Shown: positions 27,657 through 37,223 of the stretch, piece by piece
Numbering within the stretch: position 1 is the first letter of the stretch
How the letters are laid out: each line of letters opens with the position of its first letter
IMG/VR virus record: IMGVR_UViG_3300005340_000003
Span: 10,599 to 74,598 of that record
DNA: 64,000 bases
Strand: one strand, 5' to 3'
From: a virus
Notes under the pieces: model-generated
Told to the model about the DNA's origin: nothing
The model's input: the letters and a program-made list of their open reading frames with translations, nothing else
Database searches by the model: none
Translations under genes and position numbers: made by a program

Positions 27657-27867
27657 TGAGGGTTTCTTTCGCGATGTTGTATGCGTTGGTGATGTTGGAC
27701 GGGTAATCGGGTGTGGGGACTCCGATTTCTTTTTGGATTCTCTGGAGCGCGTCACGGAGTTTCAAATCCCGCCATCTCCACATCTCGCAACATTGGGAGG
27801 CGTGCGTCTCGGATACCCGTCGAATAATGTCCCGGATTTCTTCCAGTTCTTCAATGAAAGGTTTCAC
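27637..27867 (-). CDS. Hypothetical protein
   Basis: 76 aa coupled ORF. Confidence 0.45.
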   Translation of the reverse strand: MKPFIEELEEIRDIIRRVSETHASQCCEMWRWRDLKLRDALQRIQKEIGVPTPDYPSNITNAYNIAKETLSEKHSS

Positions 27868-28058
27868 GATTCGAATACGAGCGTCGTTTCCAATAATCGC
27901 TTAGTCCAGTCCTCGTCAACCCGGCGATAGACCTTGTGAAAATTGCGGGTGTCCTTCGACGGCCAATTGATGTCATCGTAATTGGCCCGCCATTTGGTTG
28001 ATCGTTCCTTGCATCCTTTGCCGGCACCTTGTAGGCCGATGTCGCGTGGGTTGCTCAT
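27864..28058 (-). CDS. Hypothetical protein (GKG..R...NYDDINW type)
   Basis: AGKGCKERSTKWRANYDDINW. Confidence 0.55.
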   Translation of the reverse strand: MSNPRDIGLQGAGKGCKERSTKWRANYDDINWPSKDTRNFHKVYRRVDEDWTKRLLETTLVFES

Positions 28059-28360
28059 ATTGCGTTGATTCGTTTAATGGTGAGTAATCGCCAGGAGGGA
28101 TTCACGAAGGCCCGAGCGTCCGCTTTGTCTGAATAATACCCCGAGCGAAAAGTGCCAATCTCTGTATCGGCATATACGTTAGTCCAGGCATGAGAGAGTT
28201 TCGCGGGTGGAGCGATGCGGTATTTGAAGACGCTGAAGTTGATCGCCACGAGGGAACGTGGTGTGCGTATCCAGTGCTTTCCTCCGTCGATCCGTTTTCG
28301 CTGAACGTGGACCTGTTTGGAGAATGCCGCGATGATTTCCGAGACGTTGGTGAGTTGCAT
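28055..28360 (-). CDS. YRI-family paralog 3
   Basis: IIAAFSKQVHVQ...INFSVFKYRIAPP...AWTNVY. Confidence 0.55.
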   Translation of the reverse strand: MQLTNVSEIIAAFSKQVHVQRKRIDGGKHWIRTPRSLVAINFSVFKYRIAPPAKLSHAWTNVYADTEIGTFRSGYYSDKADARAFVNPSWRLLTIKRINAI

Positions 28361-28677
28361 CAGATTAGGCTTCCGCGTGATTCGGTGGCGACATGCTTCA
28401 CTTGTTCCGGCGCGGGTTTGTTGTGCGCTTCAGCACGGCGAAAAATCGCCGACAGTCCGGTGACGAGCGGCTGGTATTCGTCGGTGGCGGCAAGCCATGT
28501 CGCGATGAATTCGTTGCCGTGCTGGAGGAAAAGTGTCGTCAGGTAATTTTGGAGCACTTCGATCTCTGCGGCTTTACCGGATCGCTCGATTGGGCTGGTG
28601 TTCGTTTCCTCAATCTTCGCGAGTGTGCGATACATTTCAACGACTGTCTGTCTGGTTAGGGGTGGTGCTGTTATCAT
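28360..28677 (-). CDS. Hypothetical protein
   Basis: 105 aa coupled ORF. Confidence 0.5.
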   Translation of the reverse strand: MITAPPLTRQTVVEMYRTLAKIEETNTSPIERSGKAAEIEVLQNYLTTLFLQHGNEFIATWLAATDEYQPLVTGLSAIFRRAEAHNKPAPEQVKHVATESRGSLI

Positions 28678-28946
28678 GGTAGTGTGATGGTGAACCGAAT
28701 GGGTTTGGTTGGTTGGCGGAGGTCGGTGCGTTCGATGAATTTTTGTGCTGTGCGCGGAAGCGGGACGAAGACATGTTCATTACCGATTTCAAATCGAAGT
28801 TTAGTCGTGAGAACCGATCCGAAAATTTTCCTCAGTTGTTCGTGGCATTTGATTGCCCGAGCTACCGGGCAACAAGAAGGGCTTTTAGGTGCTCCGAGAC
28901 GAATGCACGATTCCGTTACGTTGATGATGAATTTCTTCTTTTTCAT
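28674..28946 (-). CDS. Hypothetical protein
   Basis: INVTESCIRLG...CCPVARAI. Confidence 0.5.
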   Translation of the reverse strand: MKKKKFIINVTESCIRLGAPKSPSCCPVARAIKCHEQLRKIFGSVLTTKLRFEIGNEHVFVPLPRTAQKFIERTDLRQPTKPIRFTITLP

Positions 28947-29257
28947 CGCACCTCCAAAAGTTCGATGCACTCAACTCGGTTAGGCGCGGCGTTGTCGTTC
29001 GCGTCCGCGAGGGAAGAGTGGATTTGAGGATCGGCGTCATCGGGATACACGTTCAGCCAGAATCTCCGGGGAGACCGCTTGATGCGATACCTGAATTCCT
29101 CGAACCAGAATTTGTCGCCTTTATCGAGGTCGCAGTATCCCTCGCCGGCTTTGTTTTCTGTGGCGGTGTATTCGACGGCTTCGCCGTTAAGAAAAGCCTT
29201 CACCACTGCGGCGGCTTCGTCGGGTGTATTCGGCTGGTTGCGTTTTACGGTTTCCAT
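28943..29257 (-). CDS. YRIK-family paralog 4
   Basis: VVKAFLNGEAVEY...FWFEEFRYRIKRSPRRFWLNVY. Confidence 0.6.
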   Translation of the reverse strand: METVKRNQPNTPDEAAAVVKAFLNGEAVEYTATENKAGEGYCDLDKGDKFWFEEFRYRIKRSPRRFWLNVYPDDADPQIHSSLADANDNAAPNRVECIELLEVR

Positions 29258-29871
29258 ATTGTCACGGGTGCTGGTGTTGGTTTTTCGATGTTGTCGTAAA
29301 TCGGCGTGGTGATCTCGGTCAGTGCTTCCAGGTTTGCGAGTCGCGTTTCGAGGTTTGCAAGTGAGTTGGTCAGCCGATCCTGGAGATATTTTATCGCTTC
29401 GTTGTCGAGGTTTGTGATCCGGAGTTCGAGTGCGTCGAGTCTTTCATCGAGGGAAAGTTTAGCGGGAGACGAGGGAGCGCACAACTTCTGTTTTGGTTGT
29501 GTGTCGTTAAGAAAATCGCCGAACGCGACGGCGAGTCGGGCGAGGAGAAAATTGGCGAGGGCTCCGCCGTTCTCTTCCTCATTCTGAGTATCGTAAGTCG
29601 CCTGGGCTTCGCTGTAGTTGTATTTGGGCGGGCCTTTGCGATACCGTTGAAAACGAAGGGACGCCATATCAGCGAAGCGCAAAGCCGATTGGTAGTCGTC
29701 AATGTAGGCTAGGACGACCTGTGATCCGGCAATCGACATCTGAACGACGTAGCTGTTGCCAGCAGTGCGATACACGAAAAGGTTCCGCTTGAGCGGTATC
29801 GGTGCGTCCGAGAATTTAAGGTGGCGGGCTGATTTAATCAGGGATGCGGTTTGCGGATCGAGTTTTTTCAT
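29245..29871 (-). CDS. AP2-like DNA-binding domain plus coiled coil
   Basis: FVYRTAGNSYVVQMSIAGSQVVLAYIDDYQSALRFADMASLRF...YNYS. Confidence 0.5.
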   Translation of the reverse strand: MKKLDPQTASLIKSARHLKFSDAPIPLKRNLFVYRTAGNSYVVQMSIAGSQVVLAYIDDYQSALRFADMASLRFQRYRKGPPKYNYSEAQATYDTQNEEENGGALANFLLARLAVAFGDFLNDTQPKQKLCAPSSPAKLSLDERLDALELRITNLDNEAIKYLQDRLTNSLANLETRLANLEALTEITTPIYDNIEKPTPAPVTIWKP

Positions 29872-30457
29872 TGAGGTAATTGATTGCGGAGGATAGTTGA
29901 TCGGTGGAATTGTTGAACGCTTTTATCCCCATGTGGCATGCGCGGCACAAAATACCGTTGTTGTCCGGATCGAATTTTGGTCGGAGGAATTCGGTAAAAT
30001 CATTCCGGCAGATGGCACACTTGCCGGTTTGTTTGCGGAATAACAGGGCGAAGTCTTCTTGCGTGATACCATACCTGGATTTCCGAATGCGGCCCGCATT
30101 TGACGATATGCTGACCCTACGAATGTCAACGCCTGATTCGATTTTATCCAGGTGAGCCCGAATCTCTGGAATCTCTGCATCGATGGCGGCTTGCTCCTCG
30201 GAGAAGCACCAGAGAGGGAATTGTATCCGGTCGAGGAAACGAAAAGTGGCGGCATCCGCTAGACGGAATGCGGTCTCCAGGTGTTTGACGAATCCTATCG
30301 TGAGGGATTTCTTGGGATTGAATGTGATGGTCACGGACCAGATGTCGGGATAGGGAGATCGAAAAACGTTGTTTGCGGTTTGCCGTTTGCGGTCGGTGTT
30401 TGGCAGTTCAAGCTCTCTAACCTCAAACGCTGCTGGAGGACGAAGGATTTCTCGCAT
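29834..30457 (-). CDS. AP2-like domain fused to a degenerate endonuclease VII domain
   Basis: WSVTI...IGFVKHLETAFRLADAATFRF; RYGITQEDF...QTGKCAIC...GILCRACHMGI...AINYL, lacking the VDHCH motif. Confidence 0.6.
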   Translation of the reverse strand: MREILRPPAAFEVRELELPNTDRKRQTANNVFRSPYPDIWSVTITFNPKKSLTIGFVKHLETAFRLADAATFRFLDRIQFPLWCFSEEQAAIDAEIPEIRAHLDKIESGVDIRRVSISSNAGRIRKSRYGITQEDFALLFRKQTGKCAICRNDFTEFLRPKFDPDNNGILCRACHMGIKAFNNSTDQLSSAINYLNEKTRSANRIPD

Positions 30458-30462
30458 ATCCG

Positions 30463-30493
30463 AACAGTGCCACAGCTACAGGGAAAATGACAA
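30463..30493 (-). promoter_or_regulatory. CACT-type promoter, leaderless
   Basis: TTGTCA-N18-CACTGTT-N5-ATG. Confidence 0.5.
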
Positions 30494-30566
30494 CTCTTTT
30501 TGTGTCGGACGTGGGAGGTTGGGTATTACGATAGAAACAAGCCCCCCCAAAAAGGTAAGGATTAAG

Positions 30567-30677
30567 CTCGGTAGGTAGGTAAGCAGGAGTATTCCCTTAG
30601 ATACACTTTAATATTATTTGTAAAAATTGATATATAAAGATAAAGGGTGGGAGACCCCCAGTTACCTACCTACCGAG
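30567..30677. repeat. Perfect 16-bp inverted repeat flanking an AT-rich core; candidate replication origin
   Basis: CTCGGTAGGTAGGTAA (30567-30582) and TTACCTACCTACCGAG (30662-30677), located at the switch of coding strands. Confidence 0.7.
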
Positions 30678-31141
30678 TATCTCTAAGGGTTTTGGACCCC
30701 GAAGTTTCTATCGTAAGGTCGCAACACCGTTTTTTCAGTGGCGCTTTTCAGCGCCGGGGATCACATCTTTTCGTGAGAGAGAACGAGACTGACCTTTTCT
30801 CGGGCCTACCGTCCGAGGACGTAAAACGCCTCAACCGCCAAGCCCGACAGGAGCGCCGGCAGAAAGCCAGGGAAGAATGGAAACGAAAGAACCTCCAACG
30901 TTTGCCGGATTCGAGAGATATGAAGTAAAGGGCGATTCGGCGAGCCCACCACCCGATTCTGAATTCGCCCGAGTTGTCGCCGAGGTGTGGGCGTTGAACC
31001 TCGCGTGGCCCACCACTTTTCGCGGCGGCATGCGCGAATCGATTCAGCACGGTCGCCGATGCGCCGGTTTGCGACGGGTGAGGCATGGCGAAGTGAACGG
31101 CTTTTCTGGATTCGTGCAGATACCGCGACAGACCACTCATT

Positions 31142-31831
31142 ATGAGTAATCAAATTTCAATCCCCGTGAAGCATACAGAACTGGAAGCAGCGTTTGATCG
31201 AGAGCAGGCTTTTCTGTTATACACAATGTTTGGTGGCGATTCAGTAAAGACCGCGCATGCGTTGGGAATGCGAGCCGTCGATGTGTTGCGTATGTCGGAA
31301 GAGGAATCATGGAACGAGAAGATCAAACCAATTCTTGAGCTTCGTAAATCAAATAAGCCTGGAGATTTTGAACGTTCCGTCAACCGAGCGATGAACTTTT
31401 GTCAGGCTCGCCGTCTTTGGTTATTTCTTGAACGAGTCATTAACAGAATCACAGGCATGTCTGAAGAGGAGTTGAACGACTATTTGTTTACGGGTGAGCA
31501 GAAGTTCAATGCGGATGGATCGTTGAAAGGTGAAGTGAAGAAACTAACGACACGGGCGCTCGCGGATTTAGCTAGTGCGTGCGAGAAAGCGCATGCGTTG
31601 ACTTACTTGGCTCTTCATGATGTGGCCTCAGACCGAGCGAGACGAAAAGAGGAAGTGAGTGGGAACGAAGACGCAGGAGAACTTCATATCCGAATCGCAC
31701 GGGCAATGAGCGAGGTAAAGCGAAGCAATACACCACGCGCCGAGTTGTTCGACCTGAAGCTTGAGCAAGCCTCACAGCAAATCAATGCTCAGGAGAAACC
31801 CGCAAACCCCCTGGACAATGACGACCATTGA
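31142..31831 (+). CDS. Putative terminase small subunit / HTH protein
   Basis: N-terminal HTH (DSVKTAHALGMRAVDVLRM...W); first large gene of the structural arm; function inferred from position. Confidence 0.5.
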   Translation: MSNQISIPVKHTELEAAFDREQAFLLYTMFGGDSVKTAHALGMRAVDVLRMSEEESWNEKIKPILELRKSNKPGDFERSVNRAMNFCQARRLWLFLERVINRITGMSEEELNDYLFTGEQKFNADGSLKGEVKKLTTRALADLASACEKAHALTYLALHDVASDRARRKEEVSGNEDAGELHIRIARAMSEVKRSNTPRAELFDLKLEQASQQINAQEKPANPLDNDDH

Positions 31832-32323
31832 CAGTTGTAAAGGCGGCTCTACAAATGTAGAGAGTCTAATCTAACAATGTTAGTCATGCCTAACATTATC
31901 CTCATTTATCATGCCAACAATTGAAAGCGAGTTCGGGTCGAGACCGCCGCAAACCACGTCCGAGGTGTAGAATTTTGACCACCCTGAGCAAAAGTCGCCA
32001 AAACGAGGGTCGTCGCGTTCCCGTTGATCTGGAAACCAGCGCGAACCGCCGACCGCAGCCCGCGATCCCCAGGCCGGCGTGGACGGACGGTGGAGGACGG
32101 TCCGGAGCCTGGGAGGGCTTTATCGGTAACGTTAACGTTAAAGTTGGGTGGGGGCCTCGGGGGGTTTGCGCCGGCCCGGACTCGCTTACTGACGGACCCG
32201 AAATTTGAAAAATTGACATCGAGGAAGTCTTTCAGTAGCGTCTGACGCTCTGATATGAAAACCACGATCAAAGGAGATTTCCACCTGGAGTTTCTCAGTG
32301 AGGACCGTTGCGAGAGAAAACAG

Positions 32324-32353
32324 TTGTCACTTCGACGCCCACGGATCACTTCT
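32324..32353 (+). promoter_or_regulatory. CACT-type promoter, leaderless
   Basis: TTGTCA-N17-CACTTCT-N5-ATG. Confidence 0.55.
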
Positions 32354-32358
32354 CGTAT

Positions 32359-32574
32359 ATGGCAACACTTTCAACGGCGGAGAAGGCAGACATCGCATAT
32401 TTGATCGAGTATCAGCGCGGCAACTACGACACGCCACTCGACAGTTTTGTGGCGGAGAGACTGAGCGTCCTTCACGCGAAGTTCGGATACGACAGCCAGA
32501 TTGTGTATCTCGAAGCCCTTCGCGATGCGCCCCACCGCACACTTTTGCAATCTCTCCTGGCAGTGTCGGCTTAA
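32359..32574 (+). CDS. Small hypothetical (virion?) protein
   Basis: ATG at 32359, 5 nt after the promoter motif. Confidence 0.55.
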   Translation: MATLSTAEKADIAYLIEYQRGNYDTPLDSFVAERLSVLHAKFGYDSQIVYLEALRDAPHRTLLQSLLAVSA

Positions 32575-32586
32575 CCTCTTTTCGAC

Positions 32587-33909
32587 ATGGGCTGGCCACT
32601 AACCGGTAATAACCTCAGCCGTTTCAATCGGCTGCTCGACGACCTCCGGCAATACGGGGATTTTCCCTTCGTTGGTTCGCCCGATGACATCACTTGGCTC
32701 TGGCAGATAATCCGGGAAGCGAGCGACAACCAACTCAATCCCGCACTCGATGACGTAGCGAATCGCTCTCACTATTGGATGCTTCGGCTGGTCGCTTTCC
32801 TCGGCGATCAAGTAACTCCACCAGCACCCGCACCCCCCACCGGTTTATTGTGGGGTCCGAACCCATCTATTATAGACATGAGTGTGGATGGCAGGAATTT
32901 GGACTTTTCTTTTCTGGATAACCCCTCAATCACGAGTTTAGATTTTCGAGGACTTACTTTGATAACAGACGGGGGATCGGGTAATGGTCTGAACCTCTAC
33001 ACTCCCAATTCTGTGGGGATGAACTTTTCTTTTCCCGATCTGGAAAACGTAGATGCTCCATTTGGTTTTGGTGGAGAAGGAACCATCGGTTCGATCAGTG
33101 CCCCCAAGCTGAAGAACGTTCAATTCGGAATGTTTTTGTATGGCAACCCCATCACTTCTCTGGATTTTCCAGGTCTGGAAACAGTTGTAGAAGGCGGCTT
33201 GGATGTCGTGGACGACGTTCCATTAACCAGCATGAGTTGGCCGGCACTTCGAACCGTTGGTGTCGGGTCTGTAGGAGGTGTTACTTATTACGCAGCCTAT
33301 TCCTGTCCGAACCTCACCACACTTTTGCATCCGGCACTCGAACAAGTGGACTCCGATTTGGTTGTTTTTGGTTGCCCGCTTTTGACCGCCCTGGATTTTC
33401 CGTCCCTTGTTTCGGCAAGAATTTCTGTTGCTGACTGCGTTTCGTTAGTCAGTCTTTCTGTTCCCCTTTGGGGAACGCTTTCAGCTTCTAACGCAGGATT
33501 CACTTTAGTTAACACCGGATTGATTTCATTGGTTCTTCCGTCGCTTGTTGAAGCAACGCAGGGCTCTGTCGATGTTCACAACAATTTATTTTTGGATTCA
33601 ATCAGCCTCCCGCTATATGTGGGTAACGACGCCCCTTCCGCCAATTTAGCGTTTTACAATAACCCGGTATTAACCACTCTGAGTTTGCCATCGTGGTCTC
33701 CTGCCGATGGTTCCGGTCTTCTTTTTTCTGGAAACTCATTATCCGCTTCGAGCGTAAATCATGTCCTGGCTCGTGCTGTGGCAAATCTGGCTTATGTTTC
33801 AGGTTCTATTGATCTCAGCGGGCAGACTCCCGCGCAGCCCCCGACTGGTCAAGGTGCCACAGACAAAACAACGCTTCAAGGTCGCGGCGTAACGGTCATC
33901 ACAGACTAA
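32587..33909 (+). CDS. L-domain/LRR-like solenoid repeat protein
   Basis: ~22-25 aa repeats ITSLDFRGL, FSFPDLENV, ISAPKLKNV, LDFPGLETV, LDFPSLVS, LVLPSLVE. Confidence 0.75.
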   Translation: MGWPLTGNNLSRFNRLLDDLRQYGDFPFVGSPDDITWLWQIIREASDNQLNPALDDVANRSHYWMLRLVAFLGDQVTPPAPAPPTGLLWGPNPSIIDMSVDGRNLDFSFLDNPSITSLDFRGLTLITDGGSGNGLNLYTPNSVGMNFSFPDLENVDAPFGFGGEGTIGSISAPKLKNVQFGMFLYGNPITSLDFPGLETVVEGGLDVVDDVPLTSMSWPALRTVGVGSVGGVTYYAAYSCPNLTTLLHPALEQVDSDLVVFGCPLLTALDFPSLVSARISVADCVSLVSLSVPLWGTLSASNAGFTLVNTGLISLVLPSLVEATQGSVDVHNNLFLDSISLPLYVGNDAPSANLAFYNNPVLTTLSLPSWSPADGSGLLFSGNSLSASSVNHVLARAVANLAYVSGSIDLSGQTPAQPPTGQGATDKTTLQGRGVTVITD

Positions 33910-34032
33910 CTATCATCATGACACGGGAAGAAATAATCCGCAAGCACGACGAGCTTCATCGCCAGCATAAAGAGAAGCAACTCAAGCAACGACTAAAAGG
34001 GATAAAAGGGAAAACCGCCGAACCCAAGACCA

Positions 34033-35688
34033 ATGATTCTTAAGACCTTATTTTCCATCCTGGCTTTTCTTTCCGCCGCATCCGCTCAATCACCTCTCCC
34101 TCAGTCAGTCTATCAGCAATTCGCTGATCCGAGTGTCAGTGTGATTAACCTTCCATCGGGAACATACACGCTACCCGGCAACGCACCGCTCATTCTCCAT
34201 CGGTCCGGGGTGACAGTAAATTTTTCCGGATGCGTCCTCGAAGTTAATCCCGCCGACAAAGCGAACGACGGGAATTATCCGATTCAAGTGGCAAGCACCA
34301 GCATCACCTCCCCCACGTATCCCGGGGGAAATAACAGCCGATACATTTCCCATCTGACCGGCAGCATCTCGGAATGCACGACGCAACTCACGATGGACCC
34401 CGCCGAAGCAGTGAGTCTCTCCCCAGGCGAACGTGTGCTTATTTGGGCCGGCGTAGCGAATTCCGATCCGGTGGAACCAGCGGCTTTTATTCCGGCGACA
34501 GTATCATCCGTGGATAGTCGCGGCACCATCACTTTTACCGCACCCCTCGGGAAAAACATTTACAATTACGGATCAGTAACCGGGATCATCAACGCGACGA
34601 TTCCGTCCCTCCAATGGAAAGCAGGCGCATGGGGAAGCTGGCCGAGTGGAGCGAACTTTTCGAAAGGGTTCGGCATCGACCACGGGCTCGAAAGATTTGT
34701 TGGCGGAATGGTTCACGATGTCGTCCTCAACGACATCACTCTTAATCTTCAGACGGTTGACGCGGCACATTCGCCGAACGCGATGTGGGACGTGTCGGCA
34801 ATCGCAGTGGACGGGTTCACCATCAGGAACGCCTCAATCAATAATCCCCACGGCAACACGGTTCATTTTTGGCGCAGCTTCAATACGCTTGTTGACGGAG
34901 CGACATTCACCGGTCACGGTCAGAACAAGATTTGGAATACGACCATGAGCGAGGCATTCGCTCTGACGGCCTGGGGCGGGGATCACCTCGCTTACAATAA
35001 TGTCACCATCACCGGCACGGACATAACGGCATTCAACACCGAGGTTGGATCGAGCGACATTTCTGTAAACGGCCTGAGTTTCGATGTCGAATTCACGAGT
35101 GCTCGAAACTACGCATCATCGCCGACGATTTTCGGATTCCACTCTCCAGCAACCACACCGAAAATTACCAACGCGAGCGTCCATGCTGTAACTACAGGCG
35201 GATCGAATCACGCATACACCACCTACGACTATATCGAATTCCTCGGGAGCCTCACTTTTCCAGGATCGTCCCTCACGGCATTTTTCGATTGGGGTTATCA
35301 ACGACACGCTGATTTGAATGGAACGGTGTCCCTCAACGGAATCACATACGGGCCGAAGGCTTCAGTCGCGGCAACGATCACCTTGTTGCATGGAGCCGGT
35401 TCTCGGACTTACACACCGCCCGAGGGAGTTTATGCTTCCGGAAAGTTCCGCGTCACCACACTCGGATCGTTGCGTGGCGTGACTGATACGCAAGGCGGCA
35501 CCTACGATTGGAACGCGGTGTCCACCGGACAGTGGGTGACTTTTCTTTCTAACCGGTGGTTTTCAATCGGTCCCGGTGACTCGAATCTCGCAATGTATCT
35601 TTCGAAGGGGATTCAGTTTTGGTTCACGTCTCCCTGGCCGAATGATTCCGTGGTGGAATTCGAATTCACATATCTCCCGAAACAATGA
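34033..35688 (+). CDS. Secreted right-handed beta-helix (pectate-lyase-like) protein
   Basis: Signal peptide MILKTLFSILAFLSAASAQ; INLPSGTYTL; helix rungs GFTIRNASI, NTLVDGATF, YNNVTI. Confidence 0.65.
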   Translation: MILKTLFSILAFLSAASAQSPLPQSVYQQFADPSVSVINLPSGTYTLPGNAPLILHRSGVTVNFSGCVLEVNPADKANDGNYPIQVASTSITSPTYPGGNNSRYISHLTGSISECTTQLTMDPAEAVSLSPGERVLIWAGVANSDPVEPAAFIPATVSSVDSRGTITFTAPLGKNIYNYGSVTGIINATIPSLQWKAGAWGSWPSGANFSKGFGIDHGLERFVGGMVHDVVLNDITLNLQTVDAAHSPNAMWDVSAIAVDGFTIRNASINNPHGNTVHFWRSFNTLVDGATFTGHGQNKIWNTTMSEAFALTAWGGDHLAYNNVTITGTDITAFNTEVGSSDISVNGLSFDVEFTSARNYASSPTIFGFHSPATTPKITNASVHAVTTGGSNHAYTTYDYIEFLGSLTFPGSSLTAFFDWGYQRHADLNGTVSLNGITYGPKASVAATITLLHGAGSRTYTPPEGVYASGKFRVTTLGSLRGVTDTQGGTYDWNAVSTGQWVTFLSNRWFSIGPGDSNLAMYLSKGIQFWFTSPWPNDSVVEFEFTYLPKQ

Positions 35689-35723
35689 AAAAGAAAAAAG
35701 GCAAAAAGAAAAGCAAGGGCTAT

Positions 35724-35750
35724 TGACGCCGGCAGTTCTTCTGATATAGT
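35724..35750 (+). promoter_or_regulatory. Sigma70 promoter, leaderless
   Basis: TTGACG-N16-(TGA)TATAGT-N6-ATG. Confidence 0.6.
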
Positions 35751-35756
35751 TCCGAC

Positions 35757-36083
35757 ATGAACGAATTTTTCGATCATGTCCTGAAACTGTGCGAACAGCA
35801 CAACATCGCGGTTTATATCCATCCCGAATGCAGGCCGTGTTCTTTTCCCCCGATCCGTCAAATCAACATCCACCCGGTTAAATCCGTCGAGGACTACTGT
35901 GTGGCCCTCCATGAAATCGGCCACGTAATTCTCGGACACCTGCCGGAGCAAGATCGCATGGAGAAAGAAACCTCGGCTTGGTGGTGGGCGATAAACAATG
36001 CGCTTGAGTGGGATATAGAGCATACAGAATTTCTTGCGAAATGTCTTGCGCTTTGGGAGGAAGAGTGTAAGTTGACGCCATGA
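35757..36083 (+). CDS. HExxH metallopeptidase (ImmA/IrrE-like)
   Basis: ALHEIGHVILGH...EKETSAWWWA. Confidence 0.7.
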   Translation: MNEFFDHVLKLCEQHNIAVYIHPECRPCSFPPIRQINIHPVKSVEDYCVALHEIGHVILGHLPEQDRMEKETSAWWWAINNALEWDIEHTEFLAKCLALWEEECKLTP

Positions 36084-36189
36084 AAAGATTCATAACCAAT
36101 CCGAGAACGGACACAGATGCCTTGATTGGAGGCTTCATTATTTCCGTGGCTGTCGCTACCGTGATAATCCTCATTGTGTGCGCTCTTAC

Positions 36190-36999
36190 ATGAAAGTTTA
36201 CAGCTACATTCGGGTCTCGGGTCGCGGACAAGTCGGCGGGGAAGGCCCCGACCGCCAGCGTGAGAGCATCAACGCCTTCTGTGCGGCCCGAGGACTTTTC
36301 TCCAACGGCGAGTTTTTCGAGGCCGGCGTCTCCGGCACGGTCGATGGAATGGACCGCCCTGAATTCTCCGACATGATCGAGCGGATCGAATGTCTGCGTT
36401 TAAACGGCGCTGAATGCGACGGGTTCGTTATCGAGCGGCTCGACCGGTTGGCGCGTGATTTAATGGTTCAGGAGGTTCTACTCAGTGAATGCCGGAAGCG
36501 TGACATTAAGGTTTTCGCTGCCGACCAGGGGGAACTTCTCGACCTCGCTTCGGATGCCGGCGATCCGACACGCAAGCTCATCAGGCAGGTTATGGGAGCC
36601 CTCGCGGAGTGGGAGAAATCTCAGACGGTTTTGAAGTTGCGTAAAGCGCGTCAGGCGGTTAAGGTTCGAACTGGACGTTGTGAAGGTGCCAAGCCGTATG
36701 GCGTCACTCCTGAAGAGCGGGGGATTTTGACGGCCTTGAAACTTTTCGTCCGTCCGGATAGCACTTTGAAGGACATCGCGTCACTACTTAACCGGGAAGG
36801 TTTTCATACCCGGCACGGCGGCACCTGGGACGAGAAGTCCGCATTCAGGGTGATGAAGATTGCCGGCGTGTGGCAGCGAAAGCCGACCGAGAATAATTTG
36901 AAGAATTTGGGTAAACACGCAAAAAATAAGCGGGAAGTCGGGGAGCATAGCCCCGCATTGCCTCTGGCATGTGGTGTAACAGTAGCACAACCGCACTAA
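36190..36999 (+). CDS. Serine recombinase (resolvase family with short recombinase domain)
   Basis: YSYIRVS...Q...RQ, EAGVSG, DRPEF, ERLDRLARD, GALAEWEK, PYG, IASLLNREGFHTRHGGTW. Confidence 0.92.
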   Translation: MKVYSYIRVSGRGQVGGEGPDRQRESINAFCAARGLFSNGEFFEAGVSGTVDGMDRPEFSDMIERIECLRLNGAECDGFVIERLDRLARDLMVQEVLLSECRKRDIKVFAADQGELLDLASDAGDPTRKLIRQVMGALAEWEKSQTVLKLRKARQAVKVRTGRCEGAKPYGVTPEERGILTALKLFVRPDSTLKDIASLLNREGFHTRHGGTWDEKSAFRVMKIAGVWQRKPTENNLKNLGKHAKNKREVGEHSPALPLACGVTVAQPH

Positions 37000-37223
37000 T
37001 CGAAAGGAAACAAATGGATGGAGCATACAAAGCATTCGTAAAGAGTTACGGGACAGACGTGGTGGAAGATTTCGCGAGGAAACATCGCGAGGACTGCCTC
37101 CTCCGTCTCGCTCGAATCACCAACGGCGCGGTGAAGGAATACCAGAACGGAACTACCGTCACCAAGCTTCGTAATTTGAGGAATAGCCGGTAAGAGACTT
37201 TCCGACTTTTCACTCAGAACGAC

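Noticed and set aside
31111-31141. CACTCAT promoter before the terS-like gene
   Set aside because: Poor -35 (TTCGTG) and only 1 nt before the ATG, so not counted in the CACT set.
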